In this document: positions 18,602-27,112 of the stretch, in pieces
How the letters are laid out: each line of letters begins with the position of its first letter
Position numbering within the stretch: position 1 is the stretch's first letter
Program-made: the position numbers and the translations under genes
Notes under the pieces: model-generated
What the model was told of the DNA's origin: nothing
Database searches by the model: none
Seen by the model: the letters and a program-made list of their open reading frames with translations, nothing else
Origin: Acidimicrobiales bacterium
GTDB taxonomy: Bacteria > Actinomycetota > Acidimicrobiia > Acidimicrobiales > GCA-2861595
Length of the DNA stretch: 56,012 nucleotides
Direction: 5' to 3'
NCBI GenBank assembly: GCA_030448025.1
Contig: JAUJNQ010000002.1
Coordinates: 406,971 to 462,982, forward strand

Positions 18602-19901
18602 GACGGCACCGTCTCCTTGCAGGTCAGGCAACCCCAACCGAGGGGACTCAGGGCACCGTAGAAAGCGGCGGTGGGCAGCTCCATCGGGTCCGTGGCGGGT
18701 TGGTCGACCAGCACCACCCGGTCGCCGCCGAGGGCGCGCTCGGTCTGGGCCAGCTTCACCTTCTCGTCGTAGTTGCCGGTGCTCACCATGGCGGTGGCCC
18801 GATTGGGAGGCACCACGATGGAAGGGGCGGTGCCGTCCGGGCCGGCCATCTCGGCGAACAGCCCCACGGCGGCGATGCCCAGCTCCTCGAGGCGGTCCAT
18901 CTTGAGGGCGACGTCGGCGTCGGCGTTCCCCCCGCCCTCCTTGGTGACCAGCGCGGCGTCGAAGCCGGCGTCGGCACACAGCCGAGCGGCGTGGGCCGAC
19001 ACCAGCTCTTTGCCGACCTGGTCGACGGGTTCGGGAGAGATGACCACCCCGGCGAAGTCGAGGTCGGTCCCGTGGCGATCGAGGAGGGCGGCCACCACCG
19101 GGTGGTTCTGGTAGAGGTACGTGGGGTTCTTGAGCGACGGATGGCCGAACTGGCCGCTCACCACCGCGCCGTCGTCCAGCTCGCCCGGACCGAGCAGCGT
19201 GGGCAGGGCCGCGGTGAAGCTTCGCCCGTAGACGAAGGTCTCCTTGAACGTCCCCTGCGTCTGCAGGTTGGTGATGGCGCCCACTCGGGGGAGACCGTCC
19301 TTTCCCCGCCCACCCGCTCGCAGCGGCGGGAGCGTTTCCTCGTGATCGGGCGGGGCGTCCAGGGCGGCGTCGGCGAGGTGGGCGGCCAGGGCCAGCATGC
19401 CCTGGCGCAGGCCGGCGCTCACCGCTCCCCAGTCGGCGCCCTCCGGCGGGTCGAACTCCACCACCAGGTTGTGGGTGTTGGCGAGGGGGCTGAGCTCGGC
19501 CATCGGCGCCGTCATGTCGACCACGGCCTCCTGGGCCCGTGGCAGGAAGCCGGCGGCCACCACGGCCGCACCCCGGAGCACGTGGGTCTGGCCTCTACCC
19601 TGCGGGCGGGCCGGGCCGAGCAGGCCGGGGAAGATGCCGGCGCCGCCCCGGCCCTTGGTGCGGGGCTCCACGGCGTCGAGGACCTTGACGATGCGGACCG
19701 ACTCCCCGGGCGAGGCCCACGTAGGCGCACCTCGCCCAGAGCCCCTTCACTGAAGTGCGCTCTGGCCTCGTCGGCGGAGACGGTGAGAGTTCCCGACGCG
19801 TAGCTGGTGCGCTCCCCGAGGGCGACGGAGGCAACCTCATGAACGAGCCGGCACAGGCCCCCGGTGGCGTTGCCGTCCTGCGCTGTCCGGGTCTGGGCCA
19901 T
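18598..19901 (-). CDS. Reductase component B non-seleno subunit (GrdE/GrdG/GrdI family, ~434 aa); 1-nt frameshift near 19722
   Basis: VHEVASVALGERTSYASGTLTV.. then -TWASPGESVRIVKVLDAVEPRTK..LQTQG..DGAVVSG..KNPTYLYQNHP..EGGGNADAD..STGN; TAGCGT -10-like box 7 nt before ATG 19901 (leaderless). Confidence 0.85.
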
Positions 19902-19977
19902 CATCCGGACGCTACCGCCCAGACCGGCCGGGACGGAACCCGGCTTGCAGCGAGGGGCCCTTGGGTAGGTGGTGTGG

Positions 19978-20166
19978 ATGGAGAACGACCCACCTCTGCC
20001 CCCCGACGACGGCCTCCTCGAACAGCTCCGTGACATGCCGGTCGGGGTCAACGACCCCAACATCATCGGCGACGCAGGCCCTACCGACGTCCCGCCCGGC
20101 ACCGACCCGCCGACTGCATCACGGGAGCCGGGTGGAGAGGTGGTCGAGGAGGAGCCGCTCGGCTGA
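19978..20166 (+). CDS. Small acidic Pro-rich hypothetical protein
   Basis: 62-aa ORF with high-GC3 codon usage, divergent from the grd operon. Confidence 0.5.
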   Translation: MENDPPLPPDDGLLEQLRDMPVGVNDPNIIGDAGPTDVPPGTDPPTASREPGGEVVEEEPLG

Positions 20167-20369
20167 TCCCTATCGGGGGATGCGCAGGGCCCGACCGGCA
20201 CAAGGGGCGCGTCCAGTGGCCCTAACCGAACATTTCTCGAACAGCGAGGTGCAGAAGTTGATCGCCCGACTTGCCGGCCTTCTCATGTCCGAGTGACCCT
20301 CGGCTACGCCTAGCCAATCAAGCCAGACCATCCACCCACCGGACTGACGAGGTGGGGCAGAATTTGTCG

Positions 20370-20528
20370 ATGGACCTGCTGAGACTCGGGAGGCAGCTCC
20401 TCGACGAAGCCAAGTCGGACGAGGTGGGTCCCTTTGAGGGAGCGATCGTTGCCCGGGATGGTGGCAGCGAGGAGTCCTACCCCGTTACATTCACGTTCCG
20501 GCGAGAACCCGACAAACTGGCCGACTAA
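20370..20528 (+). CDS. Small hypothetical protein (52 aa)
   Basis: MDLLRLGRQLLDEAKSDEVGPFEG..; CAGAAT -10-like box just upstream. Confidence 0.35.
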   Translation: MDLLRLGRQLLDEAKSDEVGPFEGAIVARDGGSEESYPVTFTFRREPDKLAD

Positions 20529-20707
20529 GGCGCTAAGAATCGGCGGCGCTTCCGCTCAATTCCCTTCCTATGACCCCAGTCGGGATCACGGGACCCGTGC
20601 GACTAGCCGGGGGCTGGGTTCGTTTAGCGTGTGAACCTCGCACGCCATCACTCCGATGTCCGTTTCGAGCCAGAGGACCAGGCCGGAACTAGATGTGGCG
20701 TGGCTAG

Positions 20708-21550
20708 CTACACCGGGTCCGTCGATGACACGCCGTTGTCTGCCACATGCTGGGTCCACTTCGTCCCACTCCAGTAGCGAGACTGGTGGCGGCCACTCGG
20801 ATCAGGATGCCAACCCGCTGGCGTGGAGGACCGTGCTGGTGCCGGTGACGGCGCGGGCTGCGCTGCAGCCGGGACAGCGACCTGGGGACCTAGTTGACGG
20901 GGCCGCTGGGCCCGGTGCTCAGTGATCAGCTGCTTCAACTGCGGGATGACCTCGCCCGCATCCCCGTCAGCCCAGGCCAGCCCGACGGCCAGGCGCAGGC
21001 GAAAAGCTTCGGCGGTTTGCCAGTCGTACAGCACGCCGGAGACCTTCTGTCGGTTGGAGACCTGAATGGCCGTCATCGGCAAAGCCTCGTCGTGCTGGAA
21101 GCCAAGCAACTTTGAGAACTGCCATTCCCGAGACTGCTTCATGCCTTGGAAGACCACCCGCCGGTTGGTGATGGTCGCTGTGCCGTTGTCAATGGGCGTC
21201 GGGACTTCGGCCCCCTGCTGGTAGGTCCCCCGGGACGCACCGACCCGGTAGCTCACCCCCTTGGCGATGCGAAAGGAAACACCTTGGCTGCGGCCCACCC
21301 ATTGGCCGGGCAGGCGGCGCGGCTCAACCAAGGCCACGCCACGGATCGCCACGAAGGCCTGCTCACCCTTCTTTAGCTGCAGGGGAATCTCGGACTGGTC
21401 GCTAATGCCGCCGGCTTGGGCAAGGTCAAGAGCTTGAGCGAGCTGCTGGTCTCGCTCCTGCCACGCTGCGAGCGCAGCTGCTTGGGCCTGCCGTTCCTTG
21501 GCAGCCTGGCGCTCGGCACCCGCCTGGCGCATGTTGTCCAGCAGACCCAC
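20708..21550 (-). CDS. DUF2510-containing protein with a central PH-like domain
   Basis: C-terminal PAGWHPDPSGRHQSRYWSGTKWT (DUF2510); GVSFRIAKGVSYRVG..GTATITNRRVVFQG. Confidence 0.75.
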   Translation of the reverse strand: MGLLDNMRQAGAERQAAKERQAQAAALAAWQERDQQLAQALDLAQAGGISDQSEIPLQLKKGEQAFVAIRGVALVEPRRLPGQWVGRSQGVSFRIAKGVSYRVGASRGTYQQGAEVPTPIDNGTATITNRRVVFQGMKQSREWQFSKLLGFQHDEALPMTAIQVSNRQKVSGVLYDWQTAEAFRLRLAVGLAWADGDAGEVIPQLKQLITEHRAQRPRQLGPQVAVPAAAQPAPSPAPARSSTPAGWHPDPSGRHQSRYWSGTKWTQHVADNGVSSTDPV

Positions 21551-21677
21551 TCTGCTGCTCCGTTCACAGCCGGCGCTCTCGTGTCCACAATCCTATAGGG
21601 ACGAGTTCCGCGGTCCCTGGCGACATAACATCGCCGTGGGCGCTGTCGAAGGCCAACTGGGGCGACGGGAGACCAGA

Positions 21678-22013
21678 TTGCGAAAGCTAGGATTGGTACT
21701 GCTGCCGGTTGTTCTGGCCATCGGGGCGTGTTCGGATAGCGAAGACACCACGGACGAGACGACGACAACCACCGTCGTAACCACGACCACCACAACCATA
21801 CCCACCACGACCACGGCGGTGCCCATACCGACCACAGCCGCTCCAGGCAGCAGCGGTCGGACGCCGACTACGGCAGCCACTCCACGATCAGGCGGCGTTT
21901 CCTACTCCAACTGCAGTGAGGCCCGGGCGGCTGGGGCCACTCCCATCAACCGGGGAGAGCCGGGCTACAGCTCGTCCCTTGATCGTGACAATGATGGAGT
22001 GGCCTGCGAGTGA
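21678..22013 (+). CDS. Lipoprotein with Thr-rich linker and Excalibur Ca-binding domain
   Basis: Lipobox IGA-C; YSNCSEARAAGATPINRGEPGYSSSLDRDNDGVACE. Confidence 0.88.
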   Translation: MRKLGLVLLPVVLAIGACSDSEDTTDETTTTTVVTTTTTTIPTTTTAVPIPTTAAPGSSGRTPTTAATPRSGGVSYSNCSEARAAGATPINRGEPGYSSSLDRDNDGVACE

Positions 22014-22204
22014 CCACGGCTAGGTCGTCCAAGTCCGCTGGCCAGGTGTACGAGTTCGTAAAGCAGCAGCTGAACAAACCGATTGACGATTCAATTTGGC
22101 GCTCGCCAAGGTCGCCGGGACGGTTGACGGGCTCGATGATGATCTGGTCAGGACCTTCGGAGGGAGACGGGTTCAGACGTGTGAGGTTGTTGGCTGAGAT
22201 CGAG

Positions 22205-22693
22205 TCAGCGCCCCGGCCCGTCCTCAGGACCGGAAGACCAAGGAATTCCGAGAGCCCTCGTGACTGTCCGGGCGGTCTGGACCCAGCTCTCGTTAGTCGC
22301 ATGGCCCTGTTCGAGGCCATTTATCAGAGCGGCAAGGCCACGCTCTCGGAGAGCAGAGTTTGAAGACTCTGGAAGTGCCCCAGGTGAGGATGGCGCCTCC
22401 GACGGTGGGTCTGGCGTTCTGCTAAGTGACACCACATTGGTTGGTCCGAGTTCAATAGGGGACCGGACGAGCCGAAGGAGCTGAGAAACGTCAAGACCCA
22501 ACAGGTCGGCCAGCGGCTTCCGGAAGCGCTCCTGGAGACTCGACTGTCCTCGTTCCCACCGCCCCACCGTCGCCGGTGTCGCCCCGACGGCCGAACCCAC
22601 GTCCTTCCGGCTCAGCCCGAGGTCTTCACGGGCGCGGCGCAAACCCGCACCTCCCGGTTGTTCTCTTGTTCGATCCGCCGCTGTTTCAGCCAA
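22205..22693 (-). CDS. XRE-family HTH regulator
   Basis: LRRAREDLGLSRKDVGSAVGATPATVGRWERG. Confidence 0.8.
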   Translation of the reverse strand: MAETAADRTREQPGGAGLRRAREDLGLSRKDVGSAVGATPATVGRWERGQSSLQERFRKPLADLLGLDVSQLLRLVRSPIELGPTNVVSLSRTPDPPSEAPSSPGALPESSNSALRERGLAALINGLEQGHATNESWVQTARTVTRALGIPWSSGPEDGPGR

Positions 22694-22962
22694 CGCTGTG
22701 CCCCAAATCGTGCTCTAAGCAGAGTACGACCGGCCTGTGACTGGTGCAAGGGGTCGGATCTCATCGCAGTTGTGGCCGATCTAGTGCCCAAACTAGTACG
22801 AAACGCATCGCCAGGGCTAGACATGGAACGTGGAATAACCTAGAATCACAGTACTGTGATTCGAACGTTGTGCCAAACGACCGCGAAACGTACACAAATC
22901 GACTTGCTCAGGCATTGCCCTCTATGCGACGATGACTCCCCCATCGGTGGAGGCAGCCTCCT

Positions 22963-23256
22963 ATGAGGATGGAGGAGCCAGCCGAGGAGGAACGGTCGTA
23001 CCAGGTCCCTGCTTGGCAACCAGGGAAACCGGACGAGGAGCAGGACATGGGAGACGGACAGCACGTGGCGCTGAATGGGGCTGGTGGGTCGGGCGAAGCC
23101 CCCGAGCCCACGATTGACCCACTCGGACCAAAGGGCAGCCATCCCGAGGTAGAAGCCTGGTTGGACGAACGCGAGCGCAGCGAGAAGCGACGCCGGCGGG
23201 AAGCCCGACTCGCGAACTACTTTGCCAGAGGTCGAGGTCGCTTGCTCCGGCGCTGA
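22963..23256 (+). CDS. Small hypothetical protein, acidic N-terminus and Arg-rich C-terminus
   Basis: 97-aa ORF with GGAGG upstream, ending 18 nt before the peptidase gene. Confidence 0.5.
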   Translation: MRMEEPAEEERSYQVPAWQPGKPDEEQDMGDGQHVALNGAGGSGEAPEPTIDPLGPKGSHPEVEAWLDERERSEKRRRREARLANYFARGRGRLLRR

Positions 23257-23274
23257 GTCCATATCCTGCGCTAC

Positions 23275-25080
23275 ATGGCTAAACCTGGGGATGACCTTTC
23301 ATCCCGTTCGTCAAATGGTCGGCAACTCCTCTTCTACGGCCCAGAGGACATCTCGACTTGGGAAGCCGGTCTCGCTGACTGCCTCGATCTTTCTGACGCA
23401 TCCGCTTGGTCCGATCTACAGGCTCGATATGAGACTGGGCGGAGCGAAAGAACGCACAACCTCTTACCGTGGCGCCGCTGTCTGCACGTGGCCCGAGCCA
23501 GTGGTGCGAAGTCAGCTGTAATAGAGCGCCGCTACATCTGTTATGACTACCAAAGCGAGTTTAGCGCTTTCTACGCCCACGTTCTGGCTGGCCTCCCTAC
23601 CACAAGTCACCGCATACACTTCTTCTCTTCACATGTAACCAAAGCCGATTATCGTGAGCTTAAGGGGGACCAGAAGGCCGGATATCTAGGCTATATAGTA
23701 TGCCGGCCCCGTGACCTTGAAATAGTAGGAAGGACCGTACTTAAACCGCCTCCTGGCTACCCAGTGCTAACAGCCGTGGAGGATACGCCAACCTTCTTTG
23801 GACAGGAACTGAAAGTTAACGGTGTCCCGTTCATGCAGCAGGACGAAAGACTGGGCGTTTGCGCCAACGTTGTCGCTTGGATGGTTCACTACACAGCCTA
23901 CCGGAAATCCCAAGTTAGCCGTCGCTTTGTTGCTGAGTTTCAGCGGCGAGCTCTCGACTTCTCGCCCAAGGCTGCAGTCGGCCTTGACCCTTTTGAGCTT
24001 CTTGGTCTCCTTGATGGAGTCGGATTTCGTACGGAGCTATTCCCACGTGACGCGAAGGATGACATACCGGAGACTCGTTATCCATGGGATCCAGAGCCTA
24101 CAGCGGGAAGTCTCTCGCTTAGTCCCATTTACCGGGAGAATCCCCCACCGCTGCTCGCTGGTCGAGACGGACTAATGAACGACTCGGAGCTCTTGGCACT
24201 CAAGCGTCGCTTGGTGGACGAGTGCTGTCGGAACCTGAACTCAGGTATCCCACTAATCGCTGACTCATTTGAGCATACGTTCGTCGTCTGCGGGTACCGT
24301 CTGACCGAAGGTGAGTCTGTGGCCAACTTCGTGGTGCAAGACGACCAAGTCGGGCCGTACATCAACGTCCCAGATTGTCTATTTGATCGTTATGACCTTC
24401 GGGAAGCTCAGGCGCTCAGCGTCACCGACCGAGCAGCCAGCCTTGCGGAGGTAAGCACGCACCTGTTTGCAGGAACGTCTCCTGACCCGTCGGAGGAGGG
24501 TCATTCTGAATGGTCTGACTGGATGGAGCTGCTTGTTCCCCTGCCCAGTCGGGTTTTTCTCAGGCTGCACGCAGCCGAGGCCGCCGCCCTGCGGTTGCTG
24601 ACCCTCAACTTTGCCGAAGCGGACAAGGGCGAAGCTGCGGGTCAGCCACAATTCCCCGAACTAGTTGCCCTCCTTAAGGCCCGGGCTAAGAATATGCTCC
24701 GCTTCCGAACGTACTTGGTCTCCGCCAATGAGTTCAAGGGTCGTGTTGTCGAGCGTGGAGCATGCCCGTCGCTAGTCACAGCGTATCGCTCGTTACGGCT
24801 TTCAGAGTGGGTTGCAGTGGTGGAGTTCGTTGATATTGAGGGCCCACTGTCAGCGCACCAGTGCTTAGGCGAGGCTGTGTTTGACGCCACGTCAAATCCA
24901 AAGAACCCCTGGGTACACGCCCTACGGCTCGGTACCTCAGTATCCATCGTGTATAGCAATGGAATCCACAAGACTATTGGAACAACCACTTCTTCGCTCC
25001 ACCCAGCTGCCCGGCCTTACCAGTCCTTGGACGGCCGGCTACTGATAGAGAAGAGCGACAGCGATGCCAATGCAGATTAA
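23275..25080 (+). CDS. Uncharacterised 601-aa protein with a papain/C39-like cysteine peptidase domain
   Basis: PFMQQDERLGV-C196-ANVVAWM, E-H334-TFVVCGY, VVQ-D356-DQVGPY; Q-C-H-D order of papain-fold enzymes. Confidence 0.7.
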   Translation: MAKPGDDLSSRSSNGRQLLFYGPEDISTWEAGLADCLDLSDASAWSDLQARYETGRSERTHNLLPWRRCLHVARASGAKSAVIERRYICYDYQSEFSAFYAHVLAGLPTTSHRIHFFSSHVTKADYRELKGDQKAGYLGYIVCRPRDLEIVGRTVLKPPPGYPVLTAVEDTPTFFGQELKVNGVPFMQQDERLGVCANVVAWMVHYTAYRKSQVSRRFVAEFQRRALDFSPKAAVGLDPFELLGLLDGVGFRTELFPRDAKDDIPETRYPWDPEPTAGSLSLSPIYRENPPPLLAGRDGLMNDSELLALKRRLVDECCRNLNSGIPLIADSFEHTFVVCGYRLTEGESVANFVVQDDQVGPYINVPDCLFDRYDLREAQALSVTDRAASLAEVSTHLFAGTSPDPSEEGHSEWSDWMELLVPLPSRVFLRLHAAEAAALRLLTLNFAEADKGEAAGQPQFPELVALLKARAKNMLRFRTYLVSANEFKGRVVERGACPSLVTAYRSLRLSEWVAVVEFVDIEGPLSAHQCLGEAVFDATSNPKNPWVHALRLGTSVSIVYSNGIHKTIGTTTSSLHPAARPYQSLDGRLLIEKSDSDANAD

Positions 25081-25533
25081 CGCAGCCATCTGTACGATTT
25101 GACTGGCATACAAGAGCCCAGCGATGAAGTCGTTGATCTTTGTCAAGGAACGTAGTTCGCCCAAGCTCGTGGTTGCTATTTGCCGTTCAGAATAGCTCGC
25201 CGGCTTTACGAATTCATCCTTCTGTAGGTAGTGCTCCAGTGCTTCTGGATCGGAAACTTCTTGTCGTCGAGGGTTCAGAGCCACTAATCCAAGGATGACA
25301 GCGGCGGCAAATCCGATGAGCCCTGCATACATGTACCATCGGCTGCCGCCAGCTAGCACAGCCTTGTTCCTCGTATAGGCATAGGTGAGGGCGGCGAACA
25401 ATGCTGCAGTTGCGGCGCCAGAACCGGATATGACGATGGCGGCCCTATTCTCAAGGCGCTGACGCCGTTGTTCTTCCCTGTCTATCTGTTGTTGAACGTA
25501 CTTCGTCACAACCTCCCCGGAACTACTGCTCAT
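25039..25533 (-). CDS. 3-TM membrane protein resembling Pycsar-type (DUF5706-like) TM effectors
   Basis: Coiled N-terminus..LENRAA-TM1-TM2-LNPR..-TM3; overlaps the peptidase 3' end convergently by 42 nt. Confidence 0.6.
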   Translation of the reverse strand: MSSSSGEVVTKYVQQQIDREEQRRQRLENRAAIVISGSGAATAALFAALTYAYTRNKAVLAGGSRWYMYAGLIGFAAAVILGLVALNPRRQEVSDPEALEHYLQKDEFVKPASYSERQIATTSLGELRSLTKINDFIAGLLYASQIVQMAALICIGIAVALLYQ

Positions 25534-25705
25534 CAGCAGCTCCCTTCCGCCGGCCCAAGAGACGGGGCCGTCGCAGCCTCCGCTTCCTAGGGATGGGAGG
25601 ACCTTCTTCATAGGTCTCCTGTGAGGGCTGGCTTGCCGGACTGCCGGATTCGGCAGGTGACTTTGGTGGGGACTTGGTTTGGTCGGACTTGTCCTCACTG
25701 TGCAT
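25523..25705 (-). CDS. Small hypothetical peptide (60 aa), Ser/Pro/acidic then Arg-rich
   Basis: GAGG RBS 6 nt before ATG; MHSEDKSDQTKSPPKSP..PRKRRLRRPRLLGRRKG..; overlaps the start of the TM gene. Confidence 0.5.
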   Translation of the reverse strand: MHSEDKSDQTKSPPKSPAESGSPASQPSQETYEEGPPIPRKRRLRRPRLLGRRKGAADEQ

Positions 25706-25836
25706 TGTTCGCCTCATTGCGGTGGTGCAGTTGTTGTTCCATGCTGGGCCACTCTGCAGTCGCCGAGCACTGTCCACAATGTCCCAGGTGACTGCTGCCG
25801 CCCCAACCAGACTCAGTACTGCGGCGGCGCCATCAA

Positions 25837-26703
25837 TCAAGAGCCACCGGGAAAGTCCTTCACCCAAGGCGGGGGCTCAGTTGGCGGCCATGGGTCCAGG
25901 CCCCGATAATGCCGTCTCGTGGGATACCGAGTACCACCGACCGTCCGTTGCTGCGCAAGTCGCCAGTGATCGGTTTGATCGGCAATTCGCTCGATCGGTC
26001 GAGCAGTGACGACAGCAAAGAGGCCGTCGATCACACCGTCTTCGAAGCCGTCTTCCACTCCCATGGAGAAGAAGAGCGCTCCATGCGGGTTCGGCGGTTC
26101 CGGCCGTTCAACTGCATCAGCCCACTCGTGGAGCGGATGGCCATCTGCCCAGTTGAAGACAGCGGAGGCACCGGGTGGAAGGGCGTAAGCCTGCGTGCCT
26201 TCGCCCCCCACCTCCTGGGGGATGACCACTGGTTCTTCTACCGACGCCGAAAAGGGCCCAGCCTCGTCTACGAAGCGGGTATGGCTCTTCAATCGAACTA
26301 CAGCCGTCGTACGACCCTCGTTTCGAATCAGTCCCCAAATCTTGAACCAGAGCAACTTGTTCTGGTCCCGAGGGAAGGCGAAGACTGAGGTGTGGTCGGG
26401 AAGCTGCGAGCCATGAATATTGATGGCATCCAGCAGCAGTGGCTCCCCTCCACCTGGGACACGCTCACGGCTCATGTGGAGTAGGGGCGGCCACTCCGCT
26501 ATAGGCGGCAACGCCACAACGATCGGCGCCCGATCATCAATGCGAGCCTTTGCGGCTTGCTCGCTCGCCCTGCGGGCAGCCTCGGCGGACGCCAAGGCGG
26601 CGGCGCTGGAACGTGTGGAGATGCGGATTTGCCAAAAGGCCGCAAAGGCCAGGACCCCGGTTACAACGGTTCCTGCCCACTCGCTCACACCACTTGAGTC
26701 CAT
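25837..26703 (-). CDS. Hypothetical protein with N-terminal TM helix
   Basis: 288-aa ORF; WAGTVVTGVLAFAAFWQI TM followed by a beta-rich domain (IRNEGRTTA). Confidence 0.65.
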   Translation of the reverse strand: MDSSGVSEWAGTVVTGVLAFAAFWQIRISTRSSAAALASAEAARRASEQAAKARIDDRAPIVVALPPIAEWPPLLHMSRERVPGGGEPLLLDAINIHGSQLPDHTSVFAFPRDQNKLLWFKIWGLIRNEGRTTAVVRLKSHTRFVDEAGPFSASVEEPVVIPQEVGGEGTQAYALPPGASAVFNWADGHPLHEWADAVERPEPPNPHGALFFSMGVEDGFEDGVIDGLFAVVTARPIERIADQTDHWRLAQQRTVGGTRYPTRRHYRGLDPWPPTEPPPWVKDFPGGS

Positions 26704-26828
26704 GATCTCCAGGCGTTGCCAGATCGCAAGGTTTCCCCGCTTACGGGCCTGTAATTACAGTCGGGTAAGCCAGGGAAGTCAACCGGACCTGTTCGAGGTC
26801 GGATGACGAGGCCTGCTCCGTCAGTGGT

Positions 26829-27077
26829 TCATCCTCCGACTGCCCTCTCGAACCGCCGCACCAGCTCCCCGAGGCTGACGCCGAGCACCCCGGCGACGGC
26901 TCTCAGCTCGATGAGGTCAAGCCGGCGCTGACCGGCCTCGTACTTGCTGACGAAGGATTGGTGGCGGTTCAGCCGCTCCGCCAGTTCTACCTGACGCAAG
27001 CCGGCTTCCTCCCGCAGCTGGCGTAGGAGCCCGACCAGGATGCGCTGCTCCTCGCTGTAGATGCTCTTGCTGGCCAC
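26829..27077 (-). CDS. XRE/HTH_3 regulator (controller-protein-like)
   Basis: SIYSEEQRILVGLLRQLREEAGLRQVELAERLNRHQSFVSKYEAGQRRLDLIEL. Confidence 0.9.
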   Translation of the reverse strand: MASKSIYSEEQRILVGLLRQLREEAGLRQVELAERLNRHQSFVSKYEAGQRRLDLIELRAVAGVLGVSLGELVRRFERAVGG

Positions 27078-27112
27078 CGAGAGCCGGTGGACATCCCCTC
27101 ACTGGATATGTT

